Of a stretch of 64,000 nt of DNA, positions 1 to 9,339 are shown piece by piece. The stretch covers positions 1,024,001 to 1,088,000 of the forward strand of contig OZ242326.1 of NCBI GenBank assembly GCA_965208325.1, written 5' to 3'. Origin of the DNA: Candidatus Poribacteria bacterium (GTDB lineage Bacteria > Poribacteria > WGA-4E > PCPOR2b). The translations under genes were made by a program, and so were the position numbers. Every line of letters starts with the position of its first letter. The first letter of the stretch is position 1. The notes beneath the pieces were generated by a model, which was given only the letters and a program-made list of their open reading frames with translations, made no database searches and was not told the DNA's origin.

Positions 1-1
1 C

Positions 2-2998
2 TTCTATCCTGGCGCCTCTTCAGAAGAGGTTGAAAAACTTGTCACTGCGCCGATTGAAGAAGCAATTGAAGAGGGTGTGAATAATATTGACCTTATGTTG
101 TCCGTTTCATCGGAAGCGCGGTCGGTCATCTCAGTTCAATTTGAGGAGATTAGCGACCGCGATTTCGACAAACAGTTTCAGAATCTCCGTACCTCGGTCG
201 ACAGGGTCAATGATCTCCCAAATGAAATTCCAGATGAACCTCAGGTTGTGTCACTCGACACGTCAACCGGTTTTCCGATGCTGACTATCGCTGTGGGCGG
301 CAATATTTCAGAGAATGAGATGAAACAGATTGCCGAAAACCTGAAGGACGACATTTTGGAAATCGAAAATATTTCCACAGTCCGTCTGGTGGGTTTACGA
401 GAAAGAGAAATATGGGTTGAAGCGGATCCGGATAGACTCAGAGCGCATAATCTTCCAATTAACGAGGTAATCAATGCGTTGAAAACCCACAATCTAAACG
501 TCCCTGCAGGAACGTTGGAAATTGGCGCATCCGAGTATTTAGTTCGTACCATGGGAGAGTTTGGAAACTTAGAGGAGATTGAAGATACTATCATTCGCGT
601 CCGCGGCACAGGGACACCATTGCGCGTGCGGGATATTGCCAAGGTCTCCGACACTTATGAGAAACCGCGAACGCTTTCGCATATCAACGGCGCGCCATCC
701 ATCAGCTTGACCATCCAAAAGAAAACAGAGGGCAACACTATCAGGCTGGTCAAGCAGATTCGCGAGCTTGTCGAGAAACGAAAACGCGATATTCCGGAGC
801 GGGCAGAAATCTCCGTGGTGAATGATTACTCTGTCGTTTTGAGCGAACGGCTCGGTATTCTACAAAACAACGCTGTCTTTGGAATTATCCTTGTTGTTAT
901 TTTACTCTTCCTGTTTATGGGATGGCGTAACGCGATGTTTGCAGCGTTGGGAATCCCGGTTGCGTTCATGGCGACATTTTTCTTTATGCAGGCGACAGGA
1001 TATATACTCAGCGGGGTTGCGTTATTCGGTTTAATTCTCGTGGTTGGGATTGTTGTGGACGACGCTATCGTAGTCATTGAAAATGTGTTCCGCCATATTC
1101 AGCAAGGCAAGTCTCCCAAAGAAGCGGCAGTGGCTGGCGCGGAAGAGGTAGGCTGGCCAGTCCTGTCAGCCAGCTTAACTACGATTGCCGCGTTTGGGCC
1201 GCTTATGTTCATGTCGGGCGTTTCGGGCCAGTTCATGCGTGTTGTCCCTATCGTGGCTATTTTGGTGATACTTGCATCACTGCTAGAGGTTTTCATGATT
1301 TTACCTGCTCACATCTCTGAATGGGGAAAACCACAAAGCCGGCATGAGCGGCGGCATGTATGGTTTGATAAGGTGCGCAGAGGTTATTTGAAAATATTAA
1401 AGCCGATGATTCGATGGCGGTATATCGTGTTCTCCGGCGTTCTGGTCTTCGGCGCGATCGTCTGTGTCACAGCATTTCTATTACTGGATAGGGAGCTCTT
1501 TCCCGGCGAGGATTTTTCACAATTTTACATTAAGGCAGAAATGCCAACCTCTTTCGGATTGACGGAAACGTCTGCAGTGTTGACAAAAATCGAGGAAATT
1601 GCAATGTCCCTCCCGGCGCATGAGCGGGTCGCTGTAATATCCAATATCGGTATGCTCACTCCAACGTCCGGCATGGATAGCACCACCTTGCGGTCAAATG
1701 CCGGCGAGGTTCTGGTAGAGCTTGTGCCGAAAGACCAGCGCGATCGGAGCGTGGACGAGATTATCGCATCCCTGCGTGAAAAGGCCCTTGCAATTGGCGG
1801 CGTTGAAAAGCTGCTATTTGACAAATTGCAAGGCGGTCCGCCGCAAGGCCAAGATGTTGAAGTGAAGGTAAAAGGAGAACACTTTGGCCCCTTACAGAGG
1901 ATTGCAGGATTGCTCAAGGATGAACTCCGCAAGATGGATGGCGTTTACGACATACGAGATGATTTCCTCACAGGCAAAGCTGAACTTCAAGTACGAATCA
2001 ATGAGGAAAAAGCACATCAATACGGGTTGAATGTATTCCAAATCGCGTACACGATGCGCAACGCCCTCGAAGGGAACATCACTACCACGTATCGAGATGC
2101 GGACGAATCGATTGATGTGGTTGTGAAGTACGATCAGGGCAGCCTACAGACAATTTCAGATCTCCAAGAACTGCTAATCGCATCCCCGAACGGCACTATT
2201 GTACCGTTAAAGGATGTGGCGGAGGTGCAAGAGAATCAAGGATATATGGAAATCCGGCGTTTCGAAAACGAACGCGCTATTACCGTGTATGCCAGAGTGG
2301 AAAAAGAAAAGATTTCTGCCGTTGAAGCCAACCAAGCACTGATACAAGCTTTCGGCAACGTCGGGTCAATGTTTCCCGGCTATCGGCTTGACTTTCGCGG
2401 TGTGTTCGACCAAATAAATGAATCATTCGCTGAACTTGTAAAACTGTTTGTGGTCGGGCTATTGATAATCTATGTGATTTTAGGCACACAGTTCAAATCG
2501 TTCCTTCAACCGATTATCATTCTCTTTGCGGTTCCGTTCGGAATTATCGGCGCTATGGTTGGATTATTAGCGGTCGGATCGACGTTGAGCATGATTGCTA
2601 TGTTCGGAATTGTCGCGCTCGCAGGTATCGTGATCAATGATTCCATCGTATTGATAGACTTCATCAATAGATACCGCGACCGCGGCTACAACAAGTGGCG
2701 CGCTATCCTAAAAGCCGGAAGCATTCGTTTAAGGCCGATTATCTTAACCTCTGTTACAACTGTCTTTGGTTTGATTCCGATGGCGACCGGGCTTGGGGGA
2801 AAGTCTCCGATCTGGATGCCGTTAGCGAGCACAATCATTTTTGGACTTTCCGCCGCAACGCTATTGACGTTATTTGTTATGCCGCCGTTATACGCGATAA
2901 TAGCCGATTTGCGCGGGGTGTTTATTAGGCGTGAGCGCCGAGAATCTGTGAGTGAGGTTGAGGAATTTCCCGATGCCGCAGTACCCGCAGATGATTGA
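2..2998 (+). CDS. RND efflux permease, AcrB/AcrD/AcrF family (5' end truncated by the window)
   Basis: Frame is open from base 2 (FYPGASSEEVEKLVTAPIEE). Motifs GIVVDDAIVVIEN, GIVINDSIVL and RLRPIILTS; two large periplasmic loops and many TM segments. Confidence 0.95.
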   Translation, partial: FYPGASSEEVEKLVTAPIEEAIEEGVNNIDLMLSVSSEARSVISVQFEEISDRDFDKQFQNLRTSVDRVNDLPNEIPDEPQVVSLDTSTGFPMLTIAVGGNISENEMKQIAENLKDDILEIENISTVRLVGLREREIWVEADPDRLRAHNLPINEVINALKTHNLNVPAGTLEIGASEYLVRTMGEFGNLEEIEDTIIRVRGTGTPLRVRDIAKVSDTYEKPRTLSHINGAPSISLTIQKKTEGNTIRLVKQIRELVEKRKRDIPERAEISVVNDYSVVLSERLGILQNNAVFGIILVVILLFLFMGWRNAMFAALGIPVAFMATFFFMQATGYILSGVALFGLILVVGIVVDDAIVVIENVFRHIQQGKSPKEAAVAGAEEVGWPVLSASLTTIAAFGPLMFMSGVSGQFMRVVPIVAILVILASLLEVFMILPAHISEWGKPQSRHERRHVWFDKVRRGYLKILKPMIRWRYIVFSGVLVFGAIVCVTAFLLLDRELFPGEDFSQFYIKAEMPTSFGLTETSAVLTKIEEIAMSLPAHERVAVISNIGMLTPTSGMDSTTLRSNAGEVLVELVPKDQRDRSVDEIIASLREKALAIGGVEKLLFDKLQGGPPQGQDVEVKVKGEHFGPLQRIAGLLKDELRKMDGVYDIRDDFLTGKAELQVRINEEKAHQYGLNVFQIAYTMRNALEGNITTTYRDADESIDVVVKYDQGSLQTISDLQELLIASPNGTIVPLKDVAEVQENQGYMEIRRFENERAITVYARVEKEKISAVEANQALIQAFGNVGSMFPGYRLDFRGVFDQINESFAELVKLFVVGLLIIYVILGTQFKSFLQPIIILFAVPFGIIGAMVGLLAVGSTLSMIAMFGIVALAGIVINDSIVLIDFINRYRDRGYNKWRAILKAGSIRLRPIILTSVTTVFGLIPMATGLGGKSPIWMPLASTIIFGLSAATLLTLFVMPPLYAIIADLRGVFIRRERRESVSEVEEFPDAAVPADD

Positions 2999-3038
2999 AA
3001 AGTGAACCTTGGTGTGTCGGTTGAAAGCCGAATATCAT

Positions 3039-3168
3039 TAGGACGTACGCAGATTTAGGTTGAGACGGTGTATTTCGATGGTTCATCAATGATGCGGGGC
3101 AAGATGCCCCGCCTACAGTGGGTGTAGCGGGGACAGGATGACCCGTCTAGAATGGTGCGTAAGTCCTA
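3039..3168. mobile_element. MITE-like element, 130 bp, TIR TAGGAC(G/T)TACGCA, with internal REP-like hairpins
   Basis: taggacgtacgca at 3039-3051 and tgcgtaagtccta at 3156-3168 match 12/13 as an inverted repeat, with TA at both ends; internal gcggggcaagatgccccgcctac hairpin. Confidence 0.7.
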
Positions 3169-4183
3169 TTCACTTAAAACCGCTAAAGAAAACAGACGGA
3201 AATTGTTTGAACGGCAAGTTGCAATTGACGCTGTCCTGCAGGCAATTCAATTATGTCAGCGTGTGCAAACCGAAATGGTAGATACCGATTCGGTTGGCAA
3301 GTCTGATGGGAGTCCTGTAACCGTTGCGGACTTTGGCTCACAGGCGACAATTTGCCGGGTTATAAGGGACAGGTTTCCAGAAGACGTTATCGTCGCAGAA
3401 GAGGATGCCCAAGCATTGCGGGAAGATTCGACGCTACTTGACCGCGTAGCGTCTTTCGTCTCGCAACAGGGAGAAGATACATCGCTTCAAGCTGTCTGCG
3501 ATTGGATAGACCGGGGGCGGGGGAAAATCGGCCAGCGCTTCTGGACGTTGGATCCAATCGATGGAACGAAAGGATTTCTACGGGGGGATCAATACGCCAT
3601 CGCACTGGCATTGATTGTCAATGGAGTGGTGCAGCTTGGTGTATTGGGTTGTCCGAATCTCCGGCAAAAATGGAAAACGGCGGGAGGAGAACGCGGATGC
3701 CTCTTTGCGGCTGAAAGAGGCAATGGAACGCACATGCTTTCACTGGATGGCCGTTTCAAAGAACCGGTTCGCGTTTCTCACACCGTGCACCGCCTTGCAG
3801 AGAGTTTGGAATCAGCGCATGGAGACCGCGCTGCCAATGCATCCATTGCCCGCAATCTCAAGTTTACCGAACCTCCAATTCGGGTTGATAGCCAGGCAAA
3901 ATATGGTCTAATCGCACGCGGAGAGGCATCGGTGTATATCCGCCTTCCACATCCGATAACGCCCGACAGACATGAATGCATATGGGATCATGCGGCTGGA
4001 CTGATAGTAGTGGAGGAAGCAGGCGGAATGGTAAGCGATGCAGACGGGAAGCGGCTGGATTTCCTTCAAGGGCGGCGGTTTACCGCCAACCGCGGGATTG
4101 TGGCAACTAACGGCGTAATGCACCCTCATGTGCTTGAAGGCGTTCGGCTGCATTCAAATGCTGGCAGCGGACCGCCTTCTTGA
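3152..4183 (+). CDS. 3'(2'),5'-bisphosphate nucleotidase, HAL2/Met22-like (inositol monophosphatase superfamily); start uncertain
   Basis: KSDGSPVTVADFGSQA, AEED, TLDPIDGTKGFLRGDQYA, DSQAKYG, IWDHAAG. The ATG at 3152 lies inside the MITE, so a TTG near 3203 is an alternative start. Confidence 0.9.
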   Translation: MVRKSYSLKTAKENRRKLFERQVAIDAVLQAIQLCQRVQTEMVDTDSVGKSDGSPVTVADFGSQATICRVIRDRFPEDVIVAEEDAQALREDSTLLDRVASFVSQQGEDTSLQAVCDWIDRGRGKIGQRFWTLDPIDGTKGFLRGDQYAIALALIVNGVVQLGVLGCPNLRQKWKTAGGERGCLFAAERGNGTHMLSLDGRFKEPVRVSHTVHRLAESLESAHGDRAANASIARNLKFTEPPIRVDSQAKYGLIARGEASVYIRLPHPITPDRHECIWDHAAGLIVVEEAGGMVSDADGKRLDFLQGRRFTANRGIVATNGVMHPHVLEGVRLHSNAGSGPPS

Positions 4184-4241
4184 AAATGCAATCATAAATT
4201 CAAGAGATTGGACGTAGCTCAGGACATTTTTTCCGCCGCAA

Positions 4242-4940
4242 TCACGATTCCAACCGCGTTTGCCTTAACAGACCGTAACCTTCCATAATTTGCGTGCAGT
4301 TGTTCTCACCGATGATGTCGGCGCCGGCTTCAAGCATTGCGAGTGCCTTCTCGGTCGTCGCAATGTGGCCGCCCGCAGCCTTGACTCCGAAATCTGGCCC
4401 AACAGTATCTCGGAGGATGCGAACGTGGTCTAGTGTGCACCCGCCGCGCCAGCCGGTCGAAGTCTTCACGAAATCAGCTCCCGATTCTTTTACTAGCTTG
4501 GCTGCAGCGACGATCTCCGCTGTAGAGAGCATTGTGGTCTCAACGATGAACTTAACCTCTGCATCTGAATTCGCTTGCCGAGCGGCATTGACCATCGCCC
4601 TCAACTCTCGCCGAACGTAATCGAGATTGCCCGCGCGCAGTGCAGGATAGTTAATCATGCAGTCAATACTGTCCGCGCCCTTTTCCACCATCATCTTGGC
4701 TTCCAGAACCTTCACTTCAGGGGGTGAAAATCCACTGGGGAACGCCACGATTCCCACGATGGGGATACCGCTGCCTTGCATTTCACGCTTTACCACATCC
4801 ATCATATACCAAGTCGCGCACATGGCTCGCAAGCCGTATTTTTTGGCTTCACTACAGCGCAAAATCCAACCCTCTTCTAATTCTTCGGCTTCTCTGCACC
4901 CGAGTTCCAGCGATTTCGCTAGTTGTTCTTTAGAAATCAT
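4242..4940 (-). CDS. deoC: Deoxyribose-phosphate aldolase-like class I aldolase (divergent)
   Basis: AFPSG, GADSID, KFIVET, FVKTSTG (Schiff-base Lys), GVKAAGG. Confidence 0.75.
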   Translation of the reverse strand: MISKEQLAKSLELGCREAEELEEGWILRCSEAKKYGLRAMCATWYMMDVVKREMQGSGIPIVGIVAFPSGFSPPEVKVLEAKMMVEKGADSIDCMINYPALRAGNLDYVRRELRAMVNAARQANSDAEVKFIVETTMLSTAEIVAAAKLVKESGADFVKTSTGWRGGCTLDHVRILRDTVGPDFGVKAAGGHIATTEKALAMLEAGADIIGENNCTQIMEGYGLLRQTRLES

Positions 4941-5215
4941 TTGGTTTTCCTTCCAATTCTCTTGAGATACGGCAAGTTTTTTCGCAATTTCTATTTACCT
5001 GCCGCCCTGCTAGGGCTATGCGATTGGTTAATGCCGTTTTCTATACACATGTCCCTACACTACAGCGGGCAATCCGGTGACAAATAAGCGAGTGAACAGC
5101 ATGTGCTATCGGGAGGCGCAAGGCATACAAGTCCAGTCATTGCGAATTGGCCGATGCCAATAGCGTTTGCAATATTGACGTCACCACAATGCCAATACGC
5201 CGCAATTATCGACGG

Positions 5216-6736
5216 TCATTGGTGCGGCCAAATCGGTTCCATGTCCCATGCGTCAAGCGAAACGAGTTTCGCTGAGCCGCCCCGAGCAAAAAACGCGACA
5301 TTCACGCAGTCAAACTGGGAAGGGTATATGCGTTTCGCCAAGCAACTCCGATCGTTGGCAAATACTTCGATCACCGACCGATCAAGAAAAATTCGAAGCC
5401 GAAGCGGTTCGTTGTCACCAAGTTCTAAGGGTGCCGCTTGTTCCTCAAAATCTACGACATCCGGGTTTTGGCTTGAACGGCTGACATCAACCTTAATCCG
5501 GCGCTCGGTAACCGAGAAGCTCACGAGGGTCTGCTCTGCGCTATCTGAAGAATACCGAAACGCAAAACCGCACTCATGCGCCGAGAGCGCTTCAATCACG
5601 GCGCTAATCTCAAGAACGTCGTTGCCGATGCCTTCAAGGCCAATTTCCTCGCCGGGAGGGACAACTATCTCGGACACGCGGCGGTGACGCCGCCGCAGCT
5701 TATCAATCTCGGCGATCGGCTCCATTCTCAACGCGCCGCTGCCGGTCAAGGACAGAACCCGAGGAATAGCCATGATGCCGCACCATCCAGAGGCTTTTTG
5801 AACCGAGAATTGCCGTCCTTCGCCAATCCACGAAAACAGTATACGCCGCCCGTCCGGAGCCTCCAGCGTGGCGGGAGCTAGGTAGTTACCAGATTCCATC
5901 GTGACGCCAATTGTGGGATTGTGGTTGAGGCGGCTGTGTTGCTCCGGGTGAAACTTCTTCTCCGAGGGCGAATATGTACCGAGGTAGTATTGCGCGCCGT
6001 GCTTGTGGCTGGAGAAAACGAGCATGTGCTTGTCTCCAATTGAGAAAAAGTCAGGGACGGCGCAATCCTCATCGACTTCGGTCCAACTCCGTTTGCTCTC
6101 ATAAAACTCGTGCTGATATTCCCAGTTGATGAAATCCGTGGACGTAAGTAGAAAAGCCGTGTCACCACGTTCGGTACGCCCACCGCAGATTAGATGCCAA
6201 AGATTTCCAAATTTCCAAACGCATGGGTCGAAAGGTCTCCATGGCGACCCCGCGGGCGGGGGCGGAATAATAGGGTTGCCCTCGAATTTTTCCCAATGGA
6301 CGAGCGACAAATCTGCCGGGTGACCGCGGGCAATACATATTCCAGCCGGATTGCCGTAGTAAACCGCGGTCGGCACACCATCAACAATCACAATTGGCCC
6401 GCTCCAGCAACCATCTCTATCCGGCCCGCCGGGCGTCGGCGAAAGTGCTACCGGCAGATCCGTCCAATGGACGAGGTCTTCGCTCATAGCATGCCCCCAA
6501 TGCATATTGGAATCTTCTACTTCGTAGGGGTTGTTCTGATAGAATAGGTGGTACTTCCCCTGCCAGTAGAGGGGGCCGTTAGGGTCTTTGAGGAGGTTGG
6601 CTGGCGCGGCATAATGATAGAGCGGCCGATAGGGATCGGCCGCAAGCCGCACCCGAGCACTCTTCACAGCCGCCGGAAGATTTAGTGGTGCGACCGATTG
6701 GACGAGCATGTCTTTGGACATATCGCCGTTGCTCAT
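5216..6736 (-). CDS. Glycoside hydrolase family 32 (beta-fructofuranosidase-like); in-frame upstream ATG at 6844
   Basis: RPLYHY, LKDPNG, YHLFYQ, MHWGHA, CWSG, FDP (RDP-like), C-terminal LDRSVIEVF beta-sandwich; GAGGTG RBS before the ATG at 6736. Confidence 0.9.
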   Translation of the reverse strand: MSNGDMSKDMLVQSVAPLNLPAAVKSARVRLAADPYRPLYHYAAPANLLKDPNGPLYWQGKYHLFYQNNPYEVEDSNMHWGHAMSEDLVHWTDLPVALSPTPGGPDRDGCWSGPIVIVDGVPTAVYYGNPAGICIARGHPADLSLVHWEKFEGNPIIPPPPAGSPWRPFDPCVWKFGNLWHLICGGRTERGDTAFLLTSTDFINWEYQHEFYESKRSWTEVDEDCAVPDFFSIGDKHMLVFSSHKHGAQYYLGTYSPSEKKFHPEQHSRLNHNPTIGVTMESGNYLAPATLEAPDGRRILFSWIGEGRQFSVQKASGWCGIMAIPRVLSLTGSGALRMEPIAEIDKLRRRHRRVSEIVVPPGEEIGLEGIGNDVLEISAVIEALSAHECGFAFRYSSDSAEQTLVSFSVTERRIKVDVSRSSQNPDVVDFEEQAAPLELGDNEPLRLRIFLDRSVIEVFANDRSCLAKRIYPSQFDCVNVAFFARGGSAKLVSLDAWDMEPIWPHQ

Positions 6737-6751
6737 TTTGCACCTCGTGTC

Positions 6752-7602
6752 TATTTGATTAATGCTATAAGCACCCAATCCGATGAGCACCAGACGCGCC
6801 GATAACAGTGTGCAGAATAGCCGTTTTATACAGAACCCCCTCATTTTTCTGCCACCTTCGGTTTGAATCAGCTAGTCCAACTATGCGAAGCAAGATACAC
6901 AATTGGTAACACTCAAACGATTTACGTTTCCCTCTAGATTGCGTAGATTCGGCGTATTTACGGTTGAAGCGCTTTAGCCTCCACATGATTCTATGAGCGG
7001 GTTCTAGAATAGCCGACATTATAACACGATTGCGGGAGATTAAACAGATAATTTGCAGTAAGCCTAACGGCGAGGACTCCCCGTCCATTGACTAATACGG
7101 GTTGAATCAATTATTGATTGTTAGGTCGAGATTTATAGCGATTTATGTTCGACACGAAACGTCAATCTTGAAAAACTAAGTACAGCAATTCTAAATCGTT
7201 TCTGAATTGTGAACAAAAGGTTGCGAGACCCAATGCCTACGTAAAACCATGCATCTTCGTGTTGCTCTTAAACCCTCTATTGCAGTGAAATGTCAAAAAA
7301 AAACTAGAATCCGTGGCATTTTATTTACAATATTCTCTCAATGTATAGTATAATATTGCGGGGTGCAATATTGTGCGCCGTATAGACTATATGAAGAATT
7401 GGGCGTAGTTTCAAGAGATTCCGCAATTTTGCAAACCTTTAGTCACAAGATTCGCGCATCTAGCTTCGCTTAGTTGGGTATGCTGATTCAAACCGAAGGT
7501 GTCATAAAAACGAAAGGGGTTCTGTATGAAAAGGCTATTCGGCACACTGTTATCGGTGAGTCTGGTGCTCATTGGGTTGAGTGCATACAGCATCGATCAG
7601 AA
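6752..7602. repeat. About 150 bp imperfect inverted repeat (about 6752-6900 vs about 7452-7602) covering a 5' leader plus a signal-peptide coding region
   Basis: The reverse complement of 6752-6900 aligns to 7452-7602 (gctgattcaaaccgaaggtg...ggggttctgtat.aaa.ggctattc.gcacactgttatcgg). Confidence 0.9.
7349..7372 (+). promoter_or_regulatory. TATAAT -10 box overlapped by the palindrome AATATTGC-N5-GCAATATT (candidate operator)
   Basis: tataat at 7349-7354; perfect 8-bp arms at 7352-7372 in the AT-rich divergent intergenic region. Confidence 0.45.
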
Positions 7603-8353
7603 TAACATCCTCGTCCATTGGTCATTCGACGAACTTGATGGCGAGATATTCAAAGACGAATCGGGCAATGGCCATGATGGAAGACTTGACGGCGACGGCG
7701 CAGTCGTCGAAGGGAGAATTAACAACGCTGTCCATCTGACCGGCGGTTACGTCACTTTGGCTTCGGGTATAGGCAATGTTGTTGAGTCCGTGGGTGCAAC
7801 CGGTGAAATCTCTATGGAGGCGTCGATTTACTTGAGCGCCCATGACGCTTGGGATTCGGTAATTTCAATTGGGGAAGGCGATGAAAATGGTCCGCTAGAG
7901 GGAAACAGAGCAATCATTTTCCGAATGATGGTCTCCCCTGATCTCACGCCATACTGGAACATAGGTTATCGAGCAGACCACAACTTCCCAGATTTCGTGT
8001 TCGACCTGGACACATGGTATCACTACGTCATTACGGGCGATAGCGTAACCAGCAAAATTTACATTAACGGCGAGCTAATCGTTGATGACCCACATGCCAA
8101 CCACAATGTACCGGCGGACTTCGCATTCGCGACGTATACAGATGTGTTCATGTTTGTTGGAGCGGGCGAAGCACCACACGTCTGGAGGTTTGAAGACGCA
8201 ATTGTTGATGAGGTTGCAATCTACAATAAGGTGCTCTCCGAAGGCGAAATCAACGATTTGATGGCGAACGGGATTCCCGGGGTCCTCACCTCAGTTGATG
8301 CACAGGACAAATTAGCCGCACGCTGGGGCGAAATTAAAGCGCAGCACGAATAG
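7526..8353 (+). CDS. Secreted LamG/concanavalin A-like domain protein with C-terminal WG.IK motif
   Basis: Signal peptide; HWSFDE...D.SGNG, WYHYV, IYINGEL, DEVAIYN..LS; ends SVDAQDKLAARWGEIK. Confidence 0.85.
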   Translation: MKRLFGTLLSVSLVLIGLSAYSIDQNNILVHWSFDELDGEIFKDESGNGHDGRLDGDGAVVEGRINNAVHLTGGYVTLASGIGNVVESVGATGEISMEASIYLSAHDAWDSVISIGEGDENGPLEGNRAIIFRMMVSPDLTPYWNIGYRADHNFPDFVFDLDTWYHYVITGDSVTSKIYINGELIVDDPHANHNVPADFAFATYTDVFMFVGAGEAPHVWRFEDAIVDEVAIYNKVLSEGEINDLMANGIPGVLTSVDAQDKLAARWGEIKAQHE

Positions 8354-8400
8354 AACCTCAGCGATGGATATTTACATTTATAATTACTAGTAACATTTTT

Positions 8401-8433
8401 ATTGTAGGGGCGTAGTCGTTTTGCCCCTACAAT
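8401..8433. repeat. GTAG-type REP-like hairpin, possibly also a terminator (related copies at 10685-10717 and 33887-33911)
   Basis: attgtaggggcg-tagtcgtt-ttgcccctacaat. Confidence 0.7.
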
Positions 8434-8498
8434 ACCTTTATCATCGGTCATTACCGATGTAAATGCCAAAAATTCCCGCTAATTCGTACGAGAGTGCC

Positions 8499-9296
8499 AT
8501 GAATACATATGACTGCGAACCTACCTTGACCGACACACAGGTACTGGAGTTCTGCAAGCAGGGCTTCTTGATGTTGGAGGGCGTTGTACCCGATGAAATC
8601 AACCGGCAGGCGTTTGAATTCTTGGCGGAGCACACCGAGCACGGATGTTCTGTCGGCAGCATAGACGGGGTTATTGAGAACGTGCTGCTAAACCCGCAAG
8701 CCACAGGCGCGATACGGTCTCTCTTAGGCAAGAACTTCACCTATCCTGCGGACCTGTACGGTCCTGGAAATCAGATAAAGTGTCCAAAGCCGGCAGGGCC
8801 GTGGCACATAGACGGCGGCGCCGTGTTTGGTCCCCATCTGGACTGTCTGCAGGTTTTCTACATCCCGCAGGATACGCCGCTAGAACTGGGACCGACGGAG
8901 GTGTTGCCCGGATCCCATTTCCTCATTGCTGACGGTATTCCTTCCATGGCGCACTACGGCAGTATCCGGGGGGCAGTCCCCACAGCGGGACCGGCAGGCT
9001 CCATTTTTCTCACCGCCTATCCCATTTGGCACCGCCGCGGGGCATCCACGGCAAAGGGCGTCCGCAATTTGCTGAAGTATTCTTATAAACGCACCGTTCC
9101 GCCGGAACGAGACTGGATTCGAGAACCGAACTTCGTGCCCCGGCGCGCCAAAGATGCACCGCCGCGGCAAAAATTTCATCGAGAACACCAACGAGCCATC
9201 TATGATGCTGCCGAGATGTTCTACTGGCTTTGCGGTATGCACAGTGAATATCATACGACCAGCGGAAATAATTTTCCGGTTCACCATTCTAGTTGA
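8499..9296 (+). CDS. Phytanoyl-CoA dioxygenase family (PhyH) Fe(II)/2OG oxygenase
   Basis: WHID (HxD), GPTEVLPGSH, AGSIF, WHRRG. Confidence 0.85.
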   Translation: MNTYDCEPTLTDTQVLEFCKQGFLMLEGVVPDEINRQAFEFLAEHTEHGCSVGSIDGVIENVLLNPQATGAIRSLLGKNFTYPADLYGPGNQIKCPKPAGPWHIDGGAVFGPHLDCLQVFYIPQDTPLELGPTEVLPGSHFLIADGIPSMAHYGSIRGAVPTAGPAGSIFLTAYPIWHRRGASTAKGVRNLLKYSYKRTVPPERDWIREPNFVPRRAKDAPPRQKFHREHQRAIYDAAEMFYWLCGMHSEYHTTSGNNFPVHHSS

Positions 9297-9339
9297 GTCT
9301 AACTTTTCGTCTGCTAATACGGAGAAGGCTATGCCAAGC

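Noticed and set aside
5103..5687. Antisense and overlapping short ORFs (this one and the many similar ones in the track)
   Set aside because: They are shadows of well-supported genes on another frame or strand, with no recognisable motifs.
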